The translations under genes were made by a program, and so were the position numbers. Under the pieces are notes generated by a model, which was not told the origin of the DNA, searched no databases, and saw only the letters and a list, made by a program, of their open reading frames with translations. From positions 10,312-74,311 of the forward strand of contig CAZRVT010000002.1 of the NCBI GenBank assembly GCA_964603505.1: a stretch of DNA of 64,000 nt, given 5' to 3'. Source of the stretch: an uncultured Holophagales bacterium. GTDB taxonomy: Bacteria; Acidobacteriota; Thermoanaerobaculia; UBA2201. Positions 54,071-62,548 of this stretch are shown piece by piece (the first letter of the stretch is position 1; the number at the start of each line of letters is the position of its first letter).

Positions 54071-54994
54071 TCAGACGGGGACGGGGACCAACTCCGCGAT
54101 CTCCATGACGGCCTCCTCCAGCGGTAGGCCGGCGTCCCGCGCGAGCATCCGGTGCGCCAGGACGGGTCGGACGAGGGCGAGGACGTCGTCGGGGGTGACG
54201 AAGGCACGGTGTCGGATGAGGGCATGGGCGCGGGCGCAGCGAGCGAGCTGGATGCCGGCCCGCGGGCTGGGGCCCAGCAGGATCCGCCGGTCGGCCCGAA
54301 GGGCCTCCAAGATGGCCAGGAGGTAGCGAAGGACCTTATCGGCCACATGCACCGATTCGGCCTGCCGCTGCAGCTCCAGGAGCCGCTCGCGGTCGAGGGC
54401 GGGCGCCATGGCCTCGAGCGCCGGCTCGCAGTCCCCTCCCCGCAGGAGCTCCCGCTCGACCTCCGGTCCGGGATATCCCATGGACAGGCGGAGGGCGAAG
54501 CGGTCCATCTGCGACTCCGGCAGCGGGAAGGTTCCGGAGAACTCCAGGGGGTTCTGGGTCGCGAGGACGAAGAAGGGCTCCGGAAGCCGCCGCCGGCGCC
54601 GGTCGAGCGACACGGCCCCTTCCTGCATGGCCTCCAGAAGGGCCGACTGCGTCTTGGGCGTAGCCCGGTTGATCTCGTCGGCGAGCAGCACGTGCGTGAA
54701 GACCGGGCCCGGGGCGAACTCGAACTCCTGGCGCGCCTGGCTGAACACGGTGACGCCGAGGATGTCGGCCGGCATCATGTCGGCGGTGAATTGGACGCGC
54801 TGGAACTCCAGGTCCATCCCGCGGGCCAGCGCCCGCGCCAACAGGGTCTTGCCCACCCCCGGGACGTCCTCCAGCAGCACATGGCCCCGGGCCAGCAGGG
54901 CCGTGGCGGCGAGGCGCACCACTTCCTCCTTGCCGAGCACGACGCCGTTGACGGCGGCAAAGAAGGAATCGAGGCGGTCCAAGGCGGTCATCAC
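54071..54994 (-). CDS. moxR: MoxR-family AAA+ ATPase
   Basis: Walker A GVPGVGKT, Walker B LLADEINRA, sensor motifs; ~307 aa. Confidence 0.85.
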   Translation of the reverse strand: MMTALDRLDSFFAAVNGVVLGKEEVVRLAATALLARGHVLLEDVPGVGKTLLARALARGMDLEFQRVQFTADMMPADILGVTVFSQARQEFEFAPGPVFTHVLLADEINRATPKTQSALLEAMQEGAVSLDRRRRRLPEPFFVLATQNPLEFSGTFPLPESQMDRFALRLSMGYPGPEVERELLRGGDCEPALEAMAPALDRERLLELQRQAESVHVADKVLRYLLAILEALRADRRILLGPSPRAGIQLARCARAHALIRHRAFVTPDDVLALVRPVLAHRMLARDAGLPLEEAVMEIAELVPVPV

Positions 54995-55026
54995 TCTTTT
55001 TTACGGGGCGTCCGGCGGCATTATTT

Positions 55027-55071
55027 CCGGAAAAAATAAGGACGCGGAAGACCAAACGGCCTTCGCGCGTC
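55027..55071 (-). terminator. Rho-independent terminator at the end of the polysaccharide-export operon (GGACGCG...CGCGUCC hairpin then UUAUUUUUU on the minus strand)
   Basis: 7-bp stem 55039-55045/55065-55071; plus-strand A-run 55029-55038. Confidence 0.5.
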
Positions 55072-55095
55072 CGAACGGACCTGGAATGGACGGTT

Positions 55096-55548
55096 CTACT
55101 GACCCTGGGCGGGGGAAATCGGGAGGCCGCGCAGGGCACCCTCGTCCTGAATCTCGGTGGCGGTGTCGCCGCCGGTGGTGTAATGGTCGAGGTAGAACTT
55201 GCGGAAGAGGTTCGCATTGCGCTGGAGGATCAGATCGGCCGACTGTACGGTGACGAGCGCCTCCGGCGTCTCCGCGGCAACGGAGCCGCCCACGACGACA
55301 AGGAGGTCGGAAAGGGCTCGGCCGTTCAGTTGGGCGCTGATGTTCCAGCCCGCCGAGGGCTTGAGGCCGAGGTTTTCAAGGAAGGAAACGGCGTCCTGCT
55401 CGGAAACGCCCTCCGGCAGTTTGGCCTTGATGACCTTGACGATCTTCACGGCGAACTGCCCCTGGGTGATGATGGCGTTGGGATCCTGCTGGCCGAAAGC
55501 CAGCATGCCAAAACAGAATACCGCAGCGAGCACCAGAACACGCTTCAT
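55096..55548 (-). CDS. hypothetical secreted protein, last gene of the polysaccharide-export operon
   Basis: AAGGAGG RBS, signal peptide MKRVLVLAAVFCFGMLAFG; no family recognised. Confidence 0.5.
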   Translation of the reverse strand: MKRVLVLAAVFCFGMLAFGQQDPNAIITQGQFAVKIVKVIKAKLPEGVSEQDAVSFLENLGLKPSAGWNISAQLNGRALSDLLVVVGGSVAAETPEALVTVQSADLILQRNANLFRKFYLDHYTTGGDTATEIQDEGALRGLPISPAQGQ

Positions 55549-55609
55549 ACGGGCGTACCTCCTTGGGATTGGCGTATCTAATATAGCGAAAACCGATGGG
55601 CTTGTCAAG

Positions 55610-57733
55610 TCAGATGATCATCCGCTTCTTCTTGGCGGACGGCTTCCTCGAAAACCCCTTCTTTTCGAGGGTTTCCTCGTCGTAACCCTTATAATAATAG
55701 TAGTAGTGGTAATAGCTGTAGGCCGAGTCCCGCTCGAAGTCGACGTCGTTGATCACGGTGCCGATCAGGTTCGCCCCCCCCTTCACCAGCCCTTGGACGC
55801 ACTGGCGGATGATCCGCCGGTCGAGCTCGTTGTAGCGGATGACCAGGATGCTCATGTCGGCGAGCGTTGCCAGGAGGACGGGGTCGGTCACCGAGAGGAT
55901 GGGCGGCGAATCGATAATCACCCAGGTGTACTTGGCGCGCAGCGTGCGGATGAAGTCGGCGAAGCTCTTCCGGGTGATGAATTCGGGGGGATTGGGAGGA
56001 AGAGGCCCCGTCGGCACCACCCAGAGGTTCGGGATGCCGGTGTCCAGGGTGATTTCCTCCTGCGTCTTGCCGAAGAAGTAGGAGGTGATTCCCACCTGGT
56101 TGCTCAGGTTAAAGGTCTTATGGACCGACGGGCGGCGGAAGTCACAGTCCAGCAGGACGACGGAGTCCCCCGCCGAGGCGAGGATTTTCGCCAGGTTGTA
56201 GGAGGTGGTGGTCTTTCCTTCCCCCGGGCCCGACGAGGTGACCAGGATGACCTGGTGGAGCTCCTCTTTGCGGGCGAAGATAACCGCCGTGCGCAGCGAC
56301 TGGTAAAACTCCTTGAGAACCTTGATCTTCTCCGGCGAGTAGGAGGGGATGACGGAGAGGACGCTATGGCCGATGTAGCGCTCCACGTCGCTGGGCGTCT
56401 TGATGGACGAATCGAGGTAGTCGAGCGCGAAGACGAACCCCAGCCCCAGCAGCAGGCCCATCATCAGTCCGAGCACCGTGTTCTGCCGGGTCTTGGGGGA
56501 GACCGGCGAGGCCGGCTGCACGGCGGGATCGATGGTCCGGATGCGGTTGATGCCCACGGTGGAGGAGAGTTCCATTTCCTTGCTGCGCCGCAGCAGGTCC
56601 TCGTAGAAGGCCTTGTCCTGCTCCCAGTTCTCCTTGATTTTGGAGTATTGGAGCTGGCTGCGGGAGTAATTGATGGACTCCTCCTTCAAACTCTGGATGT
56701 TGCGGAAGAGCTCCTCCTCCCGGCTCCGCTTGATCTTGTATTCGGTTTCGAGCGAGCCGATGAGGCCGGCGACCTCGCGGCGGATGCGCTCACGGATGTC
56801 GTCGATCTGCTGGCGGACCGCCTTGACGTTGGGATGGTCCTCCTTGTACTGCTTCTTCAGGTCGTTGATCTTCAGCTCCAGCTGGATGCGCTGGGCGTTG
56901 AGCTGCTTGAGCGCCTCATTGGCGAAGGCCTCGGGAAAGGAATCGGACGCGTTGCGCCCCGATCGGAGCTCTTGCAGAGCCTTGATCTTCGACTCGATGT
57001 CGATCCGCTCGACCTTGGCCCTGGCGTATTCCTGATTGAGCTTCTGGATCTGCTCGGTGACGACGTTCTCGCCGGTGTTCGAGATGTAGACGCTCTGGGA
57101 GCTCTGCTGGAACTGCGTGAGGCTGCGCTCGCTCTCCTCAAGCTTTTTGGAGATGGGTTCGAGCTGCTCGTTGATGACGAGGAGGATCTTCTGGGACTTG
57201 CGGAGGTTGTCCAGGATGTTCAGCCGGGAGTATTCGTCCACCAGGGTATTGACCCAGACGGCGACCTGGCGCGGATCGGTGCCCCGCATCCTGATGTTGA
57301 GGATGTTGCTCTCCTCCATCCGATCCACCTTGATGGCGCTCTGGAAGGCGCGGGCGGGGTCGGCCGCCTGGTTGAACGGGAATCGGGGGTCCTTGGCGAA
57401 CACCGCGGCCACCTGCTGGGACAGCCGGTAGGACTGGATGACGCGGACCTGTTCCCCCATGTAATAGTTGAAGTCGAACCAATAGGTCGGCGAGTAGACC
57501 TGACTCTGCGTCAATTGGGGGGCGCTCACGTCGATGCTGATGGTGGAGATCGCCTCATAGACCGGGGTCTGCAGTTTAGACCAGACGAAGGCGCCGGCCC
57601 CAAAGAGGACCAGGAACAGCAGGACGTAATAGCGGCCCTTCCAAATGATGCGCAGATATTCCTTAAGGTGGACATGGGTGAGGAGCACATCCCCGTCCTC
57701 CGGGGGCATCGGAAACAGGGGCTCGGAAGCCAT
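55610..57733 (-). CDS. wzc: Polysaccharide co-polymerase / BY-kinase (Wzc/GumC-like chain-length determinant with C-terminal tyrosine-rich tail)
   Basis: Wzz-like N-terminal TM plus periplasmic coiled-coil, second TM, cytoplasmic P-loop ATPase (Walker A GPGEGKTT, Walker B), terminal YSYYHYYYYYKGY cluster. Confidence 0.8.
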   Translation of the reverse strand: MASEPLFPMPPEDGDVLLTHVHLKEYLRIIWKGRYYVLLFLVLFGAGAFVWSKLQTPVYEAISTISIDVSAPQLTQSQVYSPTYWFDFNYYMGEQVRVIQSYRLSQQVAAVFAKDPRFPFNQAADPARAFQSAIKVDRMEESNILNIRMRGTDPRQVAVWVNTLVDEYSRLNILDNLRKSQKILLVINEQLEPISKKLEESERSLTQFQQSSQSVYISNTGENVVTEQIQKLNQEYARAKVERIDIESKIKALQELRSGRNASDSFPEAFANEALKQLNAQRIQLELKINDLKKQYKEDHPNVKAVRQQIDDIRERIRREVAGLIGSLETEYKIKRSREEELFRNIQSLKEESINYSRSQLQYSKIKENWEQDKAFYEDLLRRSKEMELSSTVGINRIRTIDPAVQPASPVSPKTRQNTVLGLMMGLLLGLGFVFALDYLDSSIKTPSDVERYIGHSVLSVIPSYSPEKIKVLKEFYQSLRTAVIFARKEELHQVILVTSSGPGEGKTTTSYNLAKILASAGDSVVLLDCDFRRPSVHKTFNLSNQVGITSYFFGKTQEEITLDTGIPNLWVVPTGPLPPNPPEFITRKSFADFIRTLRAKYTWVIIDSPPILSVTDPVLLATLADMSILVIRYNELDRRIIRQCVQGLVKGGANLIGTVINDVDFERDSAYSYYHYYYYYKGYDEETLEKKGFSRKPSAKKKRMII

Positions 57734-57737
57734 TGGG

Positions 57738-58586
57738 TTAAAAGATCCTTTTATTGATGATGATGGTGTCGGACGGCAGCAGAACGATGTCCTCGGCCTT
57801 CTGGTTCTTGATGTCCCGATAGTTGATCTTCATGATGGCTTTCTCCCCCCCCGCCTCCCGGTGCAGCTCGATGTCCTTCTGGTCGGCGAACTTGCCGAAT
57901 CCGCCGGCGAGGGCGATGGCCTTGAGCAGCGTGGTGTCGGAGGCGATCTCGTATCTCCCGGGCTTGGCGACTTCACCCTGGATGTAAAAGAAGCTCTTGG
58001 CCGTCACGGTGAGGGTGTCGCCGGGAAGCAGGCGCATCTGGTTCCGCCCCCCCGTCCCGGCGATGAGGTCCTCGACCCGGATCGTGTAGACCCCCGTCTT
58101 GCCCATGCTCTCCGGCCGCTGCAGGGTGATGATATCCCCGGCTTCGGGGGTCAGCCCGCCGGCCTCGGTAATCACCTCCAACACGGTGAGCGGACCCTTG
58201 AGAAACTTGCGCCCGGGCTGCTTGACCTCCCCGAGCACGTTGACGGCGTAGGAGCGGAACTCCTTGACCGCGACGCTGAGCTGGGCATCCACGAAATAGT
58301 CCTTTTCGAGCAGCTTCTCCAGTTTGTCTGCCGCCGCCTGTGTGCTCAGGCCGGCCACCGCCACGTTCCCGAGCAGGGGGAATCGGATGCTGCCGCCGGC
58401 GTCGATTTCGTAATCGCCCGAAAGCTGGGGCTCCCCGTATACCGTCACGGCGACGATGTCCCGCGGCCCGAGGACATATCCTTCGGCGGGGCCGATGGAA
58501 AGCGCCTCGCCCTCCCCGGGAGAAACGGCGGGGAGGGCGGAGGGTATCACAAGGGACAGCAGTCCCGCGAGGATCAGAAGACGCAT
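57738..58586 (-). CDS. wza: Polysaccharide export protein (Wza-like, Poly_export plus SLBB domains)
   Basis: Signal peptide; PGD...V..V polysaccharide-export motif (YVLGPRDIVAVTVYG) and soluble-ligand-binding beta-grasp repeats. Confidence 0.8.
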   Translation of the reverse strand: MRLLILAGLLSLVIPSALPAVSPGEGEALSIGPAEGYVLGPRDIVAVTVYGEPQLSGDYEIDAGGSIRFPLLGNVAVAGLSTQAAADKLEKLLEKDYFVDAQLSVAVKEFRSYAVNVLGEVKQPGRKFLKGPLTVLEVITEAGGLTPEAGDIITLQRPESMGKTGVYTIRVEDLIAGTGGRNQMRLLPGDTLTVTAKSFFYIQGEVAKPGRYEIASDTTLLKAIALAGGFGKFADQKDIELHREAGGEKAIMKINYRDIKNQKAEDIVLLPSDTIIINKRIF

Positions 58587-58621
58587 CGGATGCGACCGGA
58601 CGGCCGGAGGCCTCCCGGGGA

Positions 58622-59824
58622 TCAGTACCCCACGATCAGGTTGAGCAGGACGGCGTTGACGGAGTAGTCGCAGCCCTGGGTGCAGTGTTCGCTGGAGTCA
58701 CGCTCCTCGTGCTTCAGGTTGAGGCGCGCGGAGATCCGGGGGGAGAAATGGTAGCCGAGATAGCCGATCAGGCCCCAGGTGTCGTCGGTGCGGGTGGAAT
58801 AGCTGTATTCGTTCTTGCCGAACGCGCCGCCCAGCGATCCGTAGAAGTCCTCGCTGATGGTGAAGTTGTAGGCCACCTCGAAGCCGGTGTTGGTGTAGGC
58901 GGAAACATCCTGGTAATTGGACGCGTAAGCCTGGCGGACGAGGCCGAGGGTCAGGTCGTTGGAAGCGGCGAAGTTCCACACCATCCGGATGTCGGCGTCC
59001 CAGTCGGCGTAATCGTCGTCGGTCTCCTCGAAATCGAGGTCCTCGTAGCCCACCTTGATCGAGGCATTGACCGTGGGGGTGAGGTCCCCGTAGAACTTGA
59101 CGTAGTAGTCGTAGCCGCTGTACTCGCGCCACACGAGGGTGTCCTCGGGACTGTAGTTGGTGTAGTTGACGCCGATGGCCATGCGGAGCAGCGGGTTCAT
59201 GTAGCGCTGGAAGGAGGCGCCGAAGGTCTCGGAGGACCAGTCGTACCACGCCAGGTTCGTGTAGCCGCCGGCGAATTGCACGTCCTGCATGTCGGCGTAG
59301 AGCCCGAACCCGGTGGTGTCGCTGAAGAAGTATTGCATGTCGAGGACGGCTTCGTTCTTGTCGAACGGGGCGTCGTTGAACACCAATTCGGCGCCGGGAT
59401 CGAGCTCGGAGACCTCGAGCGTGCCGTCCTTGATGTAGTAGTCGGCGACCTTCAATTCCAGGCCGCCGGAGGTCTTGAAGTTGCCTTCGGCGTCGAAGAA
59501 GTGCGTCCAGTTCTCGTTGAGATCGTAGTCGGAGTAGTCGCGGTACTGGGGCACCCACGCGAAGCGGAGGTAGCTGGTCTCGCTGGGAAGCTCGAGCAGA
59601 AGCTTCGGGCGGATCACGTAGATATCATCCGAGACCTCGTCGCTCTCGGTGAGGAAAATGTTGTCGTTGTTCTCGTAAAGGAACTCGACCGAGGGGGCGA
59701 AGAGCATCCGGCCGACGGAGATCCCCTCCTTGGTCGTCTCCGTTCCAGAGTCCTGGACGGCGGGTTCCTGCGCGAACGCGAACACGGACCCCAACGCGAC
59801 GAGACACATTAGAACCTTCTTCAT
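58622..59824 (-). CDS. Outer-membrane beta-barrel protein associated with the polysaccharide-export locus
   Basis: Signal peptide MKKVLMCLVALGSVFAFAQ, alternating amphipathic beta-strand pattern rich in Tyr/Asp, C-terminal aromatic (…VGY); the upstream part of the 482-aa track ORF runs through a tRNA gene and is rejected. Confidence 0.6.
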   Translation of the reverse strand: MKKVLMCLVALGSVFAFAQEPAVQDSGTETTKEGISVGRMLFAPSVEFLYENNDNIFLTESDEVSDDIYVIRPKLLLELPSETSYLRFAWVPQYRDYSDYDLNENWTHFFDAEGNFKTSGGLELKVADYYIKDGTLEVSELDPGAELVFNDAPFDKNEAVLDMQYFFSDTTGFGLYADMQDVQFAGGYTNLAWYDWSSETFGASFQRYMNPLLRMAIGVNYTNYSPEDTLVWREYSGYDYYVKFYGDLTPTVNASIKVGYEDLDFEETDDDYADWDADIRMVWNFAASNDLTLGLVRQAYASNYQDVSAYTNTGFEVAYNFTISEDFYGSLGGAFGKNEYSYSTRTDDTWGLIGYLGYHFSPRISARLNLKHEERDSSEHCTQGCDYSVNAVLLNLIVGY

Positions 59825-59858
59825 GCGAGCCTCCTGAGTAGGTATGATAGCGGAGTCA

Positions 59859-59886
59859 AGTATACCATAAATAACAGGATTGTCAA
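59859..59886 (-). promoter_or_regulatory. Consensus sigma70-type promoter (TTGACA-16 bp-TATACT) for the polysaccharide-export operon
   Basis: Minus-strand reading AAAATACTTGACAATCCTGTTATTTATGGTATACTTGA; predicted TSS ~28 nt upstream of the AGGAGG-preceded ATG at 59824. Confidence 0.55.
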
Positions 59887-59924
59887 GTATTTTACGGTAG
59901 CATGCCCCCTGCCGGCGACACGGC

Positions 59925-59953
59925 TTGCCGCCGTCCGGAAAATCAAGTATAAT
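59925..59953 (+). promoter_or_regulatory. Sigma70-type promoter (TTGCCG-17 bp-TATAAT) for tRNA-Arg, divergent from the export-operon promoter
   Basis: TATAAT 59948-59953 ends 8 nt upstream of the tRNA 5' end. Confidence 0.5.
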
Positions 59954-59961
59954 TAAAAACA

Positions 59962-60035
59962 GCGCCCGTAGCTCAATTGGATAGAGCACCAGACTACGGA
60001 TCTGGGTGTTAGGGGTTCGATTCCCTTCGGGCGCG
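59962..60035 (+). tRNA. tRNA-Arg (anticodon ACG)
   Basis: GCGCCCGTAGCTCAATTGGATAGAGCACCAGACTACGGATCTGGGTGTTAGGGGTTCGATTCCCTTCGGGCGCG cloverleaf with anticodon loop CUACGGA; CCA not encoded. Confidence 0.85.
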
Positions 60036-60082
60036 CTTTTTCTCCCCTCCCCCGACTGCTCCGCCCCCACCCGCCGGAGAGC

Positions 60083-61315
60083 TTATTCCCAGCGCAGGGC
60101 CTCGATGGGTTTGAGCGCGGCGGCTCGGCTGGCGGGGAAATAGCCGAACCCAACCCCCACCGCCAGCGAAACGCCCGTGGAGACACCGATGGACCAGAGC
60201 GGCACGGCGGTGGTCCAGTCGGCGAGCCACCCGACCGCGTAGGCGATACCCACTCCGAGGAGGATCCCCAGGACCCCGCCGCTTCCGGAGATCAGGCTGG
60301 CCTCGATCAGAAACTGGAGCAGAATCTCCCGGCGCCTCGCCCCCACCGCCCGCCGGATCCCGATTTCGCGGACCCGCTCCAGCACCGAGGCCAGCATGAT
60401 GTTCATGATGCCGATCCCCCCCACCAGGAGCGAGATCCCCGCGATGCACCCCATGACGATATTGAAGATCCGTTGGGTCTCCTGGCGCTGCTTCAGCAGG
60501 AGCAGGGGCACCACCACCTCGGCGTCGTCGCGGTCGCCGTGCAGGCGCCGCAGGACGCGCTCCGCCAGCGCCTTTTTCGCCGGCAGGTGGTCGAGCCCGT
60601 CGAAGCTGAGGGCGATCTCGTCGAGGGGCGATTCCCCCCGGGCGATCCCCTCCCGCAGCCGATAGGCCGGCAGGGGCAAATACACCGTCCGCTCCGCTTC
60701 CTCGACCTGAAGCCCCTTCAGCTCCCCCTTCGCCTCGAATCCCTTCCCCGTGGTGCCGACCACGCGGTACCAGGTGCGGCGGATTTTCACCAATCCTCCC
60801 AACGGGTCCCGCCCTGCGAACAGATCCATGGCGAGCCGGTTCCCGAGCACGCAGACGGGACGGGCTTCCCGGGCGTCCTCGGGCGAGAAGAAGCGGCCGC
60901 GGAGAATCCTCAGATTGAGCAGGGCCGCGTAGTCGGCCGCCACGGCGAAGACGTCCGCCTGGGCGCGGGTGCGCTCGGCCGTCACCTCGGCGCCCCGGAG
61001 GGCCTTGAGGGGACTGGCCTTGCGCACCCCCGGCAGGACCGCCCGGAGCGCCGCAAGGTCCCGCTCGGTGAGCCGGGGCACCGCCTTCGTCTCTCGGTCG
61101 GGGGAAGCCGGCTCGGCCGGCTTGACCTTTACGATGAGGTGCTTCTCCCCCATCAGGCGGATGAGGTTGAGGGCCTCGCGCTTGGCGCCCTCCCCAATGG
61201 AAAGCATGCCGATGACAGCACCGACGCCGAAGAACACCCCCAAGGCGGAAAGGAGGGTGCGGAGCTTGTGGGTGGCAAGGGCCGCGAGGCAGACGGCCAG
61301 GATCTCCCTCAACAC
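60083..61315 (-). CDS. FtsX-domain ABC transporter permease (MacB/DevC-type, no fused ATPase domain)
   Basis: N-terminal TM, large periplasmic MacB-like domain, C-terminal 3-TM FtsX bundle; GTG start. Confidence 0.75.
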   Translation of the reverse strand: MLREILAVCLAALATHKLRTLLSALGVFFGVGAVIGMLSIGEGAKREALNLIRLMGEKHLIVKVKPAEPASPDRETKAVPRLTERDLAALRAVLPGVRKASPLKALRGAEVTAERTRAQADVFAVAADYAALLNLRILRGRFFSPEDAREARPVCVLGNRLAMDLFAGRDPLGGLVKIRRTWYRVVGTTGKGFEAKGELKGLQVEEAERTVYLPLPAYRLREGIARGESPLDEIALSFDGLDHLPAKKALAERVLRRLHGDRDDAEVVVPLLLLKQRQETQRIFNIVMGCIAGISLLVGGIGIMNIMLASVLERVREIGIRRAVGARRREILLQFLIEASLISGSGGVLGILLGVGIAYAVGWLADWTTAVPLWSIGVSTGVSLAVGVGFGYFPASRAAALKPIEALRWE

Positions 61316-61319
61316 CGGC

Positions 61320-62540
61320 TCAGGGGCGGGTCGCCTTTTCCGGCGGCAGCATCAGGATCCGGTCCCCATCGGCAAGCCCGTCCTTGACGATGATATGGGT
61401 GGCGTTGCGATCGCCCAACACCACCTTGGCGGCGCGGGTCCCGAAGCGCTCCCGGACCTGGACCCAAGCGCCCCCCTCCTCCTGTCGGACGCTCTCGATG
61501 GGGACCGACAGGACGCCGGAATGAGTGGCGACGACGATGGAGGCCCGGGCGGTCATCCCGGGCTTGAGGCGCTCGTCGAGCCGGTCCAGGCCAATCACCA
61601 CCTCGAATTCCTTCTTGGCGGCGTCGTACTCCCGCTTGGTGCCGACCTGGCCGACGGAGCGCACTTTGCCGGGCAGGCTGAGATCGGGGAAGGCGTCGAG
61701 ACTGACGGTGCAGGGCTGTCCCTCCCGCAGGATGCCGGCGTCCACCTCGGAGGCCCACACCTTCACCTGGAGCGTCGCGAAGTCGGGCAGGGCAATGATC
61801 GCGAACCCCGGCCAGACCGAGTCCCCCACCTGGACCTTGCTCTCCTCGCTCCCCTTCCAAATCTCGTTGACCACCACCAATCCGGAGGAGGGGGCCCGGA
61901 TCTCCATCTTCTTCAACGAATCGACGGCGAAGTCGTACTGGCTCTGGGCGTTTTTCCGGCGGACTTCCAGGATCCGCCCCTGGGAGGCCGCGGCCTCGCG
62001 CTCGGCCTCGAGCTTGCTCTTGGTCCGCTCCAGACGCTCGCCGGCGTTCTGCAGCCGCAGGCGGGCCTGGTCCAGCTCTTTGCGGGGCACCAGCCCCTCG
62101 TCCTCCACCAGCTGAACGCGAGCGAGGTCGTAATCGAGCTGGGCCCCCATCAGCTGCATGGCATACTCGTTCTCGAGGGCGGCGAGCTGCGCCCGCTTTT
62201 GCTGGATCTCGGCCTCGAGGCTGCGGAGCTCGGCCTCCTTTTCGGAGAGCTCCTTCTGAAGCTCTCCGGGGTCGAACCGGACGAGGAGATCCCCCTCCCG
62301 AACGGTGGTCCCCTCCTTGACCAGCCAGATGACCTGCAGACGCCACCGCACGGGGGGCGCGGTGACCGAGACCGACCGCTCGGCGAATACCTCGCCGGAG
62401 GCCTCCACCGTCACATCGAGGCGGCCCCGGGAAACGGTGAAGAGGAGGTCGTCCCCCTCCCGGCCGGCGATCCGCCAGACCGTCCCCACGGCGGCCAGCA
62501 GGAACAGGCCGCCGACCAGAGCGATGCGCCGCCGTCCCAC
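61320..62540 (-). CDS. HlyD-family periplasmic adaptor subunit (MacA/DevB-like)
   Basis: N-terminal TM anchor, biotinyl/lipoyl-like hairpin with long coiled-coil, beta-barrel and MP domains. Confidence 0.75.
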   Translation of the reverse strand: MGRRRIALVGGLFLLAAVGTVWRIAGREGDDLLFTVSRGRLDVTVEASGEVFAERSVSVTAPPVRWRLQVIWLVKEGTTVREGDLLVRFDPGELQKELSEKEAELRSLEAEIQQKRAQLAALENEYAMQLMGAQLDYDLARVQLVEDEGLVPRKELDQARLRLQNAGERLERTKSKLEAEREAAASQGRILEVRRKNAQSQYDFAVDSLKKMEIRAPSSGLVVVNEIWKGSEESKVQVGDSVWPGFAIIALPDFATLQVKVWASEVDAGILREGQPCTVSLDAFPDLSLPGKVRSVGQVGTKREYDAAKKEFEVVIGLDRLDERLKPGMTARASIVVATHSGVLSVPIESVRQEEGGAWVQVRERFGTRAAKVVLGDRNATHIIVKDGLADGDRILMLPPEKATRP

Positions 62541-62548
62541 GGAGAGGA

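Noticed and set aside
58622-60070. 482-aa version of the outer-membrane barrel gene
   Set aside because: The N-terminal extension reads through the promoter region and the tRNA-Arg gene on the opposite strand. The real start is the AGGAGG-preceded ATG at 59824, followed by a signal peptide.
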